From contig NC_043010.1 in the NCBI RefSeq assembly GCF_006345805.1, positions 39,184,001 to 39,248,000 of the forward strand: 64,000 bases of DNA, read 5' to 3'. Below, piece after piece: positions 1 to 12,181 of this stretch; positions within the stretch are counted from its first letter, which is position 1; every line of letters begins with the position of its first letter. Source of the DNA: Octopus sinensis (taxonomy: Eukaryota). Under the pieces are notes generated by a model. The model ran no database searches. It was not told the DNA's origin and saw only the letters and a program-made list of their open reading frames with translations. The position numbers and the translations under genes are program-made.

Positions 1-68
1 TACATATATTCGTTTTATTTTATTTACTGATTGATTTAAAAAAAATTTAATTTGCAAATATTATACTA

Positions 69-169
69 ATGTATTTTCATGCAGAAATACATACATACAT
101 ACATACATACATACTTATATACATACACAAACACACATATATATATATATATATATTTATATATGTATG

Positions 170-244
<75 letters not shown>

Positions 245-297
245 GTGTATGTATATATATATATATATATTATATATATATATATACATATATACAT

Positions 298-352
<55 letters not shown>
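69..352. repeat. Compound (TACA)n/(TA)n microsatellite
   Basis: Direct reading; accounts for the YIYI/HTHT ORFs at 69-488. Confidence 0.97.
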
Positions 353-356
<4 letters not shown>

Positions 357-547
357 GAAAATCATGAGAATATTTTTGTTTCCTTATATTTTATTATGTG
401 TGGCTATAACATTATGTCAGTTTCAGTGACTCTTTGCACGGTAGCTGAGATAATAGTATTGTTTCATTACATTGCGAGCAACTTTTAATAAAGTATATCT
501 GAGCCGAAGTCCGTCGAATTCACAGCACCTCATCTTCTCTTGTACAG

Positions 548-586
548 TTCGTGAGTGTCAGGATATAACAGAACCGTCAGTGGAAA
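548..586 (+). CDS. Candidate small coding exon (RECQDITEPSVE), unverified
   Basis: Pyrimidine-rich acceptor catcttctcttgtacag| and weak donor |gtattt; only one frame is open. No homology recognised. Confidence 0.2.
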
Positions 587-715
587 GTATTTGAATCAAG
601 TATTTCGGTATAGAAACAATTGTATCATGTGGAGCGGCGCAATGAGACTGAAGCAGCCAACGTATTGAGGTTTAGCTTTCTGATTTGCATAGCAGTCTTC
701 TAGTTTTACAAAACA

Positions 716-911
716 TCGGTTTGAAATTTTGTCATAAGGCGAGTATTTCTGAGGAGTGCAAATTGATTACATCGAACCCAGTCCTGAACTGATAGACAGC
801 AAAAGCATGAAAAGCATAAGTCGGCTTCGGTGAAATTTGAACTAATGCCCGACCAAATACCGCTAAGCTTTTTGCCCGATGTGCTAACAGTTTAGCCATG
901 TCGCCTCCTTA
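716..911 (-). mobile_element. Decayed SINE family B copy
   Basis: Reverse complement of the family B head (aataccgctaagc...tgctaac...gccatgtcgcc) and of the aaattttg tail variant. Confidence 0.65.
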
Positions 912-922
912 CGAAATACCAA

Positions 923-1374
923 GGCGGTCAGAAGCTTACTTACCAACCACATGGTTCTGGGTTCAGTCCCACTGCGCGGCACATTGGGCAAGTGCTTTCT
1001 ACTATAGACTCGGGCCGACCAAAGCCTTGTGAGTGGACTTGGTAGACGGAAACTGAAAGAAGCCTGGCGTATATATATATATATTATATATATATATATA
1101 TGTGTGTGTGTGTGGTGTGTGTGTGTGTGTGTGTGTGCGCGTGTGTGTGTGTGTGTGTATGTTTGTGTGGCTGTGTTTGTCCCCTCAACATCGCTTGACA
1201 ACCGATGCTGGTGTGTTTACGTCGCTGTAACTTAGCGGTTCGGCAAAAGAGACCGATAGAATAAGTACTAGGTTTACAAAGAATAAATCCTGGGGTCGAT
1301 TTGCGCAACTAAAGACGATGCTCCAGCATGGCCGCAGTCAAATGACTGAAACAAGTAAAAGAGTGAAGAGTAAA
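923..1374 (+). mobile_element. tRNA-derived SINE family A with internal (TA)n/(TG)n
   Basis: B-box-like gggttcagtccc, conserved body gggcaagtg..ctactatag..gggccgaccaaagccttgtgagtgga, 3' end gactgaaacaagtaaaagagt; near-identical copies at 34.6, 42.9 and 62.3 kb. Confidence 0.9.
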
Positions 1375-1382
1375 CGACATAG

Positions 1383-2330
1383 GGTTCAGCATGTATTTGT
1401 TGTAGTAAGGTGAGCGAAATGACAAAGCATATATTTTAAGGCAAAGTACACATGAAAACCCACAGGCATGAAGTAGCTATGCAGGCGCTGCAGCAGAATC
1501 AGACGCTTCAACCCCACCAAGTAGAAAACCATGCGATTGAAAATGCCGAACCTGAGGACAAGACTGATAATACATTAGTGACAAGTCAACCAGATGACAG
1601 TTGTATAACTGTTACACAACCAGCAACATTGACCACTGCTGCGACACTTCAGAATGGAACTGTCAGCTCTAGCCTTAGTGATATTAATCAAAACGATCTG
1701 ACTGCAACTAATGCAGCTGTTTTATCTCAAACAACTATTTCAGAAGCCTTTTTAGAACAGGTATTTAACGTTCAACAGAATCTATTAGGAAACCAGCAAA
1801 ATTTTATCTTTTAACCAAGGATCAATTACGTTACCCAGCTCGCAACAGTTAACAAATGTAATAGACGTAAGTCCTTTAAACACATCCTTTGCACCTACTT
1901 TGCCGACCACTTCTCTACAAAGCATACTCTAGAAACCCACAGTATGATGCCTTCCGCTCTCCAAAATATCCCTTGTAATTTATCGATGGTCTAAATTAGA
2001 TTTCTGATCGGAAAACAATAGTCCGCTTCTCAAAGAGAGCAAAGTAAAATCTTCTGAAAATTGTACTGTAGTTCAATCTAGCCCAAAGACAATCAGGAAT
2101 TTCGTTCAACTTATCGCCGTGGGATACGAGTGGGAGAAAAACGAAAAAACAGATAAAAGTAAAAATTGGATAATTTCCAAAACATGTTAGGAATGTACTG
2201 AAACAAATTCCTTTTGTGAAGAAAAATGCACTTTTATCATTATTCAGTAACTGAACAAGTGTATGTGCTGATTCGAGGCGACAAGAGATCAAGCAAGTTT
2301 AGACATATGAATAGAGAATTGGTGGTAAGT
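1383..2330 (+). pseudogene. Possible decayed DNA-transposase (hAT-like) N-terminal region
   Basis: In frame with ORF 1452-1814 and across one stop: ACICCSKVSEMTKHIF*GKVHMKTHRH, a Cys/His zinc-finger-like pattern, then a Q/T-rich linker. Later frames read KHVRNVLKQIPFV and EQVYVLIRGD, loosely like hAT FV.FDES..QMD..VR.WD. Similarity is from memory only. Confidence 0.3.
2248..2324 (+). CDS. Candidate 77-nt exon (TEQVYVLIRGDKRSSKFRHMNRELV); alternatively part of the transposase relic
   Basis: cttttatcattattcag| acceptor and consensus GTG|gtaagt donor; one open frame. Confidence 0.25.
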
Positions 2331-2515
2331 TTCCTATTTTAGCTGTAATAACAACTGTCAGCTCAAAGACATTTATATCGGAACAGCTAAAGTGCAGTCG
2401 TTTATAATCATAAATCTTCAGATATCAGTTTAATACTCTGTAGATTAGCAAATTTCTACCGTATGTGAAATTTTTATGTCTGAATGAACTTATGTATCTG
2501 TGTCGCTTTATGTCT

Positions 2516-2518
<3 letters not shown>

Positions 2519-2556
<38 letters not shown>

Positions 2557-2835
2557 ACACACACACACACCACACACACACACACTTGTTTACATATATA
2601 TATATACATATATATAATTCTACACCGCTTTCCTGTCCATACCACTCTCTTTTTCTGAGCATGTCTATTTATATGTATGCATAAGTGTCTGAGTAAATGC
2701 GTATATGTGTGTGTGTATGCATGTGTGTATGCATGCATGAATGTATGTATGTATATAAGTATATATATATGTATATACATATTATATATATATACATATT
2801 ATATATAAATATATATATATACATATTATATATAA

Positions 2836-2916
<81 letters not shown>
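2519..2916. repeat. (CA)n and (TA)n microsatellites
   Basis: Direct reading. Confidence 0.95.
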
Positions 2917-2921
<5 letters not shown>

Positions 2922-3587
2922 GAACATTTGTATTTATAAATGATGGTGCATACGGCAAACTTTCACACAATTTCAGTCTAACAATCTCCTTCCCAATGCA
3001 CTGGTTGGCTAGGAGCCACATAAAAGGACATTTGGCAACGTTGCATCGCAATGGGATTGAACCCATATCATCACACAACCACATGATGCACAGACGATGG
3101 CCTATCTAATTGCTACCTTTAAACATACCTAAGCCAATTTGGGTTGCTCTCAATATAATTAATTCCCCCGTGTAAATAGGCTCATTTTATTCAGCGTTCA
3201 TAGAAACCTACTCTTATTTAAACCTCTTCATAGTTTCCTATCAAAAATTTAATCTATTTTCTCATTCTTCTTTCGCACACACTCTCTCTTATTAATTCAT
3301 TCATTTATTCTTTCTTTCTTTTTAACTTATCTCTTTATCCCCCTCTTCCTGTTCAGCAAGTCGAGACTAATATTATGTATGCAATATTTTCCCGAATATG
3401 TAATAACTTCCTCGTTTCAAATTGATAATTCTAAAGATATATGTACCGAGAAAGTATTCCTGAATACTTACATCTTCATCCATTCTGTTATTCTTGTATT
3501 CTAATGCTTTTTCCAGCCATTGGAATGCTGCCATTTGGAAAATCTTGAATGATTCAGTTGAACAAATCGCCACCGGTACCATATATA

Positions 3588-3822
3588 GGCGGCGAGCTGA
3601 CAGAAACGTTAGTACACCGGGTGAAATGCGTATCCGTATTTCGTCTGCCGTTACGTTCTGAGTTCAAATTCCGCCGAGGTCGACTTTGCCTACCATCTTT
3701 TCGAGGTCGATTAAATAAGTACCAGTTACGCACTGGGGTCGATGTAATCGACTTAATCCGTGTGTCTGTCCTTGTTTGTCCCCTCTGTGTTTATCCCCTT
3801 GTGGGTAGTAACGAAATAGGTA
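3588..3822 (+). mobile_element. tRNA-derived SINE family B, full length, with TSD
   Basis: Head ggcggcgagctg.cagaaacgttag...gagttcaaattcc, core gtcgactttgcct.tcatc.tttcg.ggtcga.taaataagtacc, tail ttgtgggtagtaa.gaaatag; flanked by ggtaccatatata / ggtactatatat. Confidence 0.92.
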
Positions 3823-4126
3823 CTATATATTTTTGAAGTTTTGTACTTATTGTGTCATCCCCATTTACACTTCATGATGTGACAAGTTGTACACAAACGA
3901 ACAGTGAAGAAACAGACACAAAAGCAGGTAGACACGTACATACATACACACACATACAGCCCCCATCCCTTCCATATATATATGTATATATATATATATA
4001 TATACCAGAGTAAGCAAATAAATGTGAAACAAGGTGGACAAAATAGTACTCGAATACCGGAGGTAGAGAAATGTTGTTTATTAATAAAGCTGCAAAGACA
4101 TCACAAAAGCTGTTACTCAACCAAAA

Positions 4127-4164
4127 CTGTCTGACGAACGGGAACGTGGAACTCTGAGTAACAG
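4127..4164 (+). ncRNA. Minimal type-I hammerhead ribozyme motif (GGAAC core variant) in the loop of a 35-bp inverted repeat 4085-4189
   Basis: ctgt-CTGACGA-acg(ggaa)cgt-GGAAC-tctga-GTA-acag: stem I ctgt/acag, GNRA-capped stem II, GUA site; one core substitution (A13G). Confidence 0.7.
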
Positions 4165-4418
4165 CATTTGTGATGTCTTTGCAGCTTTAAGAAAGTGTAT
4201 ATATATAATAAGAAGAGGGATATACTATCCATCAGATACCGAATAACTATTTGTAAAATGCTAAGTCTGCTTTCTTCAGACGGGATGTTTTATGGTAAAC
4301 TAAACTTCCTTTGACTTCCATCCGCAGACACAGTTTATTTCTCGGTTACTCAGAGTATAAAGTACAGTATTGACAATAAGTAGAATTGATATTTCGAACA
4401 TTCATATTTATGTTTTAA

Positions 4419-4466
4419 TAAATCTCTGAACGAGATGTAAACAGTAACATCTCATTCAGAGATTTA
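4419..4466. repeat. Hairpin, 20-bp arms (19/20), 8-nt loop
   Basis: taaatctctgaacgagatgt-aaacagta-acatctcattcagagattta. Confidence 0.85.
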
Positions 4467-4570
4467 ATAATGCTTGCAGACAGTTTTTCGAAATCAGTGA
4501 CGGAAGTTTCTAGAAAAACACTTATATATTTGCATACAGGCTTTCCCTTTCATTGTAATCCGGTGATTAC

Positions 4571-4615
4571 CGCCCGCTGACAAGAGGCAACAACCTCGAA
4601 ACTGCAGTCCGTGCG
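4571..4615 (+). ncRNA. Minimal type-I hammerhead ribozyme motif (CUGACAA variant)
   Basis: cgcccg-CTGACAA-gagg(caacaa)cctc-GAAAC-tgca-GTC-cgtgcg; palindromic stem III ACTGCAGT, GUC site; G8A substitution. Confidence 0.72.
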
Positions 4616-4821
4616 TATCACTTAGGCTTACGAGAAAGGGATGGCCTCCCTTTGCAAATACCATAAGGGCACAGGTATTGTGCCTAAAGCCAGCTGGAGA
4701 CGATGATCTCCTGGGGCTAAAAGCTACAGTAACCCCCCCCCCTTTGTGGTTAGCCATATTGAGATGGTTATTATACTTTACATATTTATGTTTATTTCCA
4801 GTTAGTTTATTCATAATAATA

Positions 4822-4910
4822 GGCCGACACGTGTTTCGATCGTACCAATTGCATATTGTTGCATATTCATATGCAGCGATTTATGCATTATTTGTACGAA
4901 CTCTTTAAGG
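4822..4910 (-). ncRNA. Decayed hammerhead motif with long stem II
   Basis: Minus strand: cc-TTAAAGA-gt-tcgtac...gtacga-tc-GAAAC-ACGT-GTC-gg; palindromic stem III ACACGTGT; the 5' core is degenerate. Confidence 0.5.
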
Positions 4911-5528
4911 TATATAAATATGACATTGTTGAAATTGCGACATTGCGAAATTTTCCTCCGTTATTAATTTGAAATTGCCTGGTAGAACTTTCGACGATAG
5001 GCTGCTTTTCTCAACTGATTGTTTGGATAAAATTCAGCGTTAGCAGCAGTGTTTGTTGAAGTTGACAAATTTTCTTCGTCAGTTGGGGAGTAGTTATTGA
5101 ATACTTTTGAATTGATTCTACATACTTTATAGTCACATGACTTTGTGATGTATTTCAGAGTTGAGTATTGTTATATCGCACGTTCGGATGCCTTCTACTC
5201 AACTCTCACCGCTACTCGACTGTGCTCTCCTTACGTCTAGGCTTCTCCCTCTATATCTACGTATTGGGCTAGCACAACAAGTATATTATTTAAATTTTTG
5301 TGAAGGTTATTAATAATAGTAGCGGTTGTTAAAAGATGTTGTTAGTTGTATTTTAAATTTTTCTAGCATTTTATTATTGTTGTTTTAACGTGTTTTGAAG
5401 TTATATGATATATAAACTTATAAATAGAATTCTGTTCCTATATTCTTGTGACTTTATTATTATAATTATTTTAGGTATGTTTAGATAAAAATGTTTATTG
5501 AAAATATATAATTAATGCATATTAATCG

Positions 5529-5583
<55 letters not shown>

Positions 5584-5599
5584 GACAACGAAAGAAAGA

Positions 5600-6520
5600 G
5601 ACAATTTTTAGTAGTAGTCCTCCAGCACCTTCACAGAGCCGCCTGCAAGGATGAATTCCGCCATGCGGACGGAGTATGTGGTCCTACTGGTCACGGCTTC
5701 ATAGTCTCCGTTGCAGCTGTCCATGTCACGTCTTACAGCATTTACAGTGCTCGTTGTGATATCTCCATTTTAAATCCGGGTGTGAAACTTCATGATACAA
5801 GTAATTCTTTTCCAATATTCAGATGCCTTCCAGTTCCCCATGTCAACTACGATTTTGATCGTAATACTCTCCAACGCCGTTGACTGTTCACCAATACATT
5901 AATCTATCACTGAAAAAGGAGACAAATGACCATCAGATTTAGTTCGAATACTGTATTTTTTTACTCATACATTCACACACATTTGTTTCCCTTTAATCTT
6001 AAGTAATACATGACATTTTATGTTCCAAACACCACCATCAATATCATCAGCTCCAAAAGTTGAAGATTGTGTATGCTCAGTCGCTAAACGTCTCACAAAT
6101 CAGGATAAACTTTGAGGTGATGAGCGCAGATCCCCCGGAACGAGCCTATAGTCTCACCAACGAACAGGCTATTAGATTTCATCCAAATGGTACATGGGTG
6201 AATACGTGTTAGCCATAAATGGGTTGCATAAATTAGGTGAGCATCCAAAGTCGTAATAGCGTCGGAAGTAATTCCATCATTAGTTTCGAGACCATACATT
6301 CTCAGTTTAAATCTCACCTAGGCCAGCTTTGCCAGTTATCCACATGAGGTTGATGCAATAAAGTATGATCCAAGTATAGCTGTTGATGTAATTGACCAAT
6401 CCCCTCTCGTTAAAATTACTTGCCTTGTGCCTGAAAGAATAACAATTGATTTGGCGAATTTTCAGGACCGTTAGATCATGAGGGAAATGGCATGCAGCAT
6501 TTCTTTTGCCACTTTTCAAT
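5600..6520 (-). pseudogene. Probable Penelope-like element GIY-YIG endonuclease relic
   Basis: Minus frames give HLIYAT...PCTIW...LFVGETIGSFRGICAHHLKV (like YVGET.RSLR.R..EH) and SEYWKR...K.H..I*NG (like RE.YWI..L.T..P.GIN); many stops; lies upstream of the minus-strand hammerhead at 4.82-4.91 kb. Confidence 0.4.
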
Positions 6521-7556
6521 CTCAGATCGAAAGAAGTAGAGATAGTGTTCTCTTATATCTTCTTTTTATTGTTGTAGCAATACATTATAGAATTAGTGTA
6601 GTAATGGTGACGGTTTAATCGAATAAACTTTTCTCTTGAAAATCGCTGGGCTTGCGCTTATATCAAACTGTTAACGAAATTTGGCGCCACCTTTAAGCTT
6701 TAAGCTGAAATCATATAATGTTTTCGTTGTCGTTCCGCTATGTGGCTATTTCATTTAGTGTTGTGCAATGAGGTTGTTTACGGCATTTCGGCTCTTACCT
6801 TTCATTTGCTCATGCGAGAAAACAATTTAGCTTTTCCTGAGTTTTACTGAATATTACTGAATATGGTTGTATAACTTCATAGATATTGGAGTGAAAAAAT
6901 ATATGCTTATTTGGGTTAGCCCTTAATTTGATCGGACGAGGAAAGAAGTTAACAACCAAAAACATATAATTTTACCGGGTTGTTAGATGAAAAACAACTC
7001 AGAGAATAAAGGATTCTTCTCCAACAATCGACAGAGAAATGCCTCAAAAAGGTAGTGAAAGGTTTGCTGACCCGGGCCAGCACACGTGTCAACGGGCTCG
7101 TAGTTTGTTTCTTTTAATAAAAGATGTACATGGGAAAGAATAGGAATAGTATGTGTTTTGGCATGAATACCTCACTCTATGCACTCAAGAAAATCATCTT
7201 GGAATCGTGCCAATATGAGAAATCATAATAATTAAATCTTACTAAAACGTTTCAAAAATGGAAGAGACAGAATATATTGAATCGCTTTCAGAATACGTGA
7301 CTAAAGCAAACAAAAAGCTGAATGATCGAAAATGGGAGATGAGAAAAAAAAATATATAAGAAAGTAAAGTACTAAAATGAAAAGAAATAAAACGTGAAGG
7401 TCATGGAATCAGATAGCTGCAATTACCATAAATGTCACCAGTGAGAATATTAATTATATATCATATGTAGATTTATTATATTTATCACACACATACCCAT
7501 ATATGTACATATATACATATATAAAGAGAGACAGATATACACAAACACACACACAT

Positions 7557-7589
<33 letters not shown>

Positions 7590-7851
7590 AATTCACATAC
7601 ATATGTATGTATATATCGGTATATATATGCATATACATATATAGATAAACATATAGATATGTATATATTCAAGTATCCATGTACATATATATATATATAT
7701 ATGTGTGTGCGTGTGTGTGTGTATGTATGTATATATACGAATATGCATACATATTAAATATATAATCATATACATTTATTTACATACATGTATACACTTA
7801 GAAGACGTGAACACACAAACACTTATAATTGGTATTTGCGTGTGTATGCGC

Positions 7852-7886
<35 letters not shown>

Positions 7887-8561
7887 TATATATGTATGTG
7901 CATGTGTTTTGTGCACCAATGAATCTATTGCGATAACAGCGTAACAACGTTTGGATGACGAACATTCTGTGATGCATTATATATATATATACATACACTC
8001 ATATACACACTCACACGCACATATGTACACACACATAACTACACATATACTTAAGTACACAAACATGAATACACATATACACACTCACACACAGACGTAT
8101 GCATACACATTAGGACTTTTGAAAAACAAAATTAAGTATAACAGAAAATTTTCTCTCAATCCCTGTGTGTCACAGAACGTCTTGAGTTTCCAGTTTGATT
8201 AATATATAACATAAAGAGAAGCAATTCACTCATTAATCTTTCTTTTTATGGAATTATTTTGTTATTTGCTTCTGTCTAGAATTTTTAGTTTAATAATTCA
8301 AATTCATTTATTATTTATTTATTTATTTATTTATTATTTATTTATATATTTCTTTGGTTATTCTCTTCGAAATAATTACTGACGTAGCATCAGTGAAAAT
8401 TGGCGGAACAACGACTAAATGATTACATATAAGTTTTACATCGTTGGAAAGGAAATACCTTACTGTAGATGTAGATATGGGTGTGGGATGTTGTCATCGA
8501 CCATATGTCCATCTTCTTCATCGTCGTCATTAGATTCTATGGTTGCTCGTATGTTTGTTAT

Positions 8562-9046
8562 CTTATTTATTTCTTTACTGCCCACAAGGGGCTAAACACA
8601 GAGGGGACAAACAAGGACAGACAAAAGGATTAAGTCGATTACTTCGGCTCCAGTGCGTAACTGGTACTTAGTTTATCGATCCCGAAAGGATGAAAGGCAA
8701 AGTCGACCTCGGCGGAATTTGAACACAGGGCGTAACGGCAGACGAAACACCTATTTCCTTACTACCCTCAAGGGGCTAAACACAGAAGGGACAAACAAGG
8801 ACAGACAAATGGATTTAGTCGATTATATCGACCCCAGTGCGTAACTGGTACTTATTTACTCGAGCCCGAAAGGATGAAAGGCAAAGTCGACCTAGGCGGA
8901 ATTTGGGTTAGCCCTTAATTTGATCGTTTCTAACGTTTCTGCCAGCAATACCGCTAGACATTTCGCCCGGCGTGCTAACGTTTCTGCCAGCAATACCGCT
9001 AGACATTTCGCCCGGCGTGCTAACATTTCTGCCAGCTCGCCGCCTT
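8562..9046 (-). mobile_element. Two tandem SINE B copies, the second rearranged
   Basis: Copy 1 8562-8749 (lacks its head), copy 2 8750-9046 with a foreign insert and a 45-bp tandem duplication (8931-8975, 8976-9020). Confidence 0.9.
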
Positions 9047-9187
9047 AGTTATGCCAGCTCCTCGCCGCCGTTTGTTATCTCATTGTCGCTGCTATGCAAT
9101 TCGTAATCGCAAAGGAGAAATGGACTACTTGTACTGATCAAACATGGCGTAACTTAACAACGACAAATATAAATGAGGAAACAATAT

Positions 9188-9364
9188 TCTCTTTAACTCT
9201 TCTACTCTTTTAGTCGAGCAAATCGACCCCACTACGTATTCTTCTGTAAGCCTAGTACTTATTCTACCGGTCACTTTTGCCGAACCGCTAAGTTACGGGG
9301 CCGTAAACACACCAGGATCGGTTGTCAAGCGATGTTGGAGGGACAAACACAGACATACAAACGT

Positions 9365-9433
<69 letters not shown>

Positions 9434-9611
9434 ATACATATACATATATACGACGGGCTTCTTTCAGTTTCCGTCTACCAAATCCACTCAAAGCTTTGGT
9501 CGGCCCGAAGCTATAGTAGAAGACACTTGCCCAAAGTGCCATGCAGTGGGACTGAACCCGGAACTATGTGGTTGGTAAGCAAGCTTCTTACCACGCAGCC
9601 ACTCCTGCGCC
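9188..9611 (-). mobile_element. SINE family A
   Basis: Reverse complement of family A from the actcttt tail to ccacgcagccactcctgcgcc; small deletion near the tail. Confidence 0.9.
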
Positions 9612-9689
9612 CATATCTAGGTATTAAACACGTATATGTCATATATTTCACTTCAACGGAAGAGGAACAAAATCCTGACACCTTCCAGT

Positions 9690-10327
9690 AGCTTTTTCAT
9701 TCAACCGGTTGCAGGTCATACCGCAGTGGTATGATAAACATACTGAAACTTTAAAAAAAAATATGAAAACAGATTTAATAGTTTTTATGTTCTTACATAG
9801 CCAGAAGTTGGTCTTTCATGTTATAATTGGTTCAGATCGAATAATCAATACGGATTTCAAACCAAACCATTTCTGCCGCAAATACGTTGTTATCGCAGTA
9901 AGATGGGCTGTCCACGTTACTAGGATGATGATGAAAGATTTCTGAAAATTCCCACTCAAGGCCAACTTCAGGAAGGAGTATGAAATGTAGGAAGACCTCT
10001 TCCTTGTTACAAGGATGAGCTGAAGTATAAAATCAAACGTATTTGTTTGAACACACCAGGGTTTAAAGAATAAGGTGCTGATAAATCTCTCAAAATGGTA
10101 TCAGACATCATGTCAACACAAGAATAGATCAGCAAGATGTTCCAGGGCAAGATCAAAAGAAAGAATTTTACTTTCAACTTTTGGTGTGCCGAGGGCGCGG
10201 TCTGGTTACAAGAACGAAGAAAATCTAGTGTCTCACAGAATACTGAAGCAGTAAAATGTAGTAGATTAAGAAAAAAATAAACTAAAGCCATTGGCCCTAA
10301 TGCGCCGAATGCGACGAGATATTCCAC

Positions 10328-10330
<3 letters not shown>
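9690..10330 (+). mobile_element. RTE-clade LINE, 3' fragment of the reverse transcriptase ORF
   Basis: Frames read RWAVHVTRM...GQLQEGV*NVGRPLPCYKDELKYKIKRI, matching the RTE C-terminal RWAGHV.RM...GRP..RYKD.LK motif; stops and frameshifts. Confidence 0.78.
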
Positions 10331-10383
<53 letters not shown>

Positions 10384-10449
10384 GATAACGTTTTCCTACT
10401 ATAACATGGATGGTTTATTAAGAACTATGTTATTATATTTTAACCGCAG

Positions 10450-10501
10450 GAAAACGTCTTTTCCAACTGGTCAACGACACACAATCTGTGTCCGATATAT
10501 T
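10450..10501 (+). CDS. Candidate 52-nt exon, unverified
   Basis: ttattatattttaaccgcag| acceptor and |gtaagg donor; all three frames open (ENVFSNWSTTHNLCPIY or KRLFQLVNDTQSVSDI). Confidence 0.25.
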
Positions 10502-10559
10502 GTAAGGGAGTGAATCAATCCCCTCCATCTTGGCAAGTCCTGTAGATCCTGGTTTCTCA

Positions 10560-11340
10560 GTCTTTACTCTTCATCGCTAATAGACATCTGCGTGCTAGAA
10601 ATGGCAGATAATATTCCCAAGGCACACAGCCGCTGATCCCGTAATGAGCATATTAATTATACTATAGACTATACCGTATTCTTCAGACAATGACCGCCAT
10701 TCAATTCATGCCAAAAGAACTGAAAATAAACATGACGAAAAGAACTGAAAATAAACATCTTGTCAGGACTTTCACACCGTTTGCAATCTATAACGGAAAA
10801 CAAAGCTTCGAGATATTCTGTGTCCAGGAACTATAACAAAAAGAAAAAGAAAACAAATAAATGAATCGGATCTGAAGAATATACTTTTCCACATTCTACC
10901 CCCAAATAGTGAATCCTACCATGTCTTACTCGAAAACATAACGTCACTGAAAAAGACCTCCAGCCTAAACCAGATCGTGCAAGGATATCATAAAGAGTAA
11001 AAGGCGATCCAAATCGATGAAAAATATAATCGGGACATCAAGGAGCTGAAGCATTTCCATTAACAGAAGCTCCCCACCATCTTCAGTGTCAAATAGACGG
11101 CCTACCTAACGAGCAATGTCATCGAAGAAAAACAACAATAGTCGAAGCATGGAATTAAACTAAGTGAAATGCCAGCTACAATGCTTAGAATATGACATGC
11201 TGTTGGTATTAAAAAAAAATAAACAAACAGATTTCTTAGGCAAATATTGTTCAGTAAATTCTCCATTCGAAAAGACCCCAAATATAATCTTGTCGTAATG
11301 ATGGATGTATAGTTGTCTATACATTCAAATATCCATTCCA
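10560..11340 (+). pseudogene. Possible Penelope-like RT-thumb/GIY-YIG relic
   Basis: Fragments YHKE*KAIQIDEKYN...KLPTIFSVK, YLTSNVI and RQILFSKFSI...LVVMMDV recall the PLE linker, SNVVY and LT.EIL..N..I...L.I.E motifs; very decayed. Confidence 0.35.
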
Positions 11341-12150
11341 ATATTCGAAGTACTTGCTAATAAGATGGTACTTTCATCACATCATCCGGTTAAAGAAGTA
11401 CCTGCCTGCGTCGTTGTTGCATTTTGCGGAATTCCATCTGCTGCGCGTATTCGTGCCAATCTGCAAGCTTTCAATACTGTCAACTTTTAAACTTCTCCAT
11501 GATGTATAAGACAGATACTCCCACGCCCACACACACACACATTCATACACACACACACATACACAAATACTTAAAGTAGAGGTGAAACAATAATTTATGT
11601 GCCATTCAAATATTCTCAGAAAGCTGAAAAATCTCTGTGAAAAATCAACAAAATATTTCTATATATAAATCTGAACAAGATTCAACATCTTTACATGATG
11701 TTCCGTCATGCTATAACGAAAGTCCGCTCGAGACACAAGTGTATTATTTGCCGTTCAATGGATGCTTTTATTAACTTATAATTTCTCTCGCGTGAATGAC
11801 AACCGGAATTTTAACAGGAAACAACATGACGTGTTTTATGTAGGAATTACCTGCTGCGCTAACATAAACTAACATCAAACTTCATTAATAACGCGTTACG
11901 TCGTATTCGAGAAAATGTCTTTAGCGCCGACATTTTGATGAGTTGATGTTGTGTTATGCAAAAATTACTATTTCTCAAAGCTTCCTCTATTTTCATACAG
12001 AAATGTGCATGCGAGTCTCTCTCTCTCTCTCTCTCCTCTCTCTCATATATATATATATATATGTATTTCATATACATGCGTATGTACAAAGTACCACACA
12101 CATCTAGAAACACACACATTATGCGTACATAAACAGATACATATCTCTGT

Positions 12151-12181
<31 letters not shown>

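Noticed and set aside
3472-3543. Minus-strand segment IFQMAAFQWLEKALEYKNNRMDED with a gtaagt donor
   Set aside because: The acceptor is weak and abuts a SINE; no partner exon or homology, so it cannot be separated from chance.
8464-8537. Minus-strand acidic reading ESNDDDEEDGHMVDDN
   Set aside because: Low-complexity (GAY)n-like sequence with no credible acceptor, adjoining a SINE tail.
8931-9036. Short direct repeats as a CRISPR-like array
   Set aside because: Contiguous tandem duplication of SINE sequence with no unique spacers, in eukaryotic DNA.
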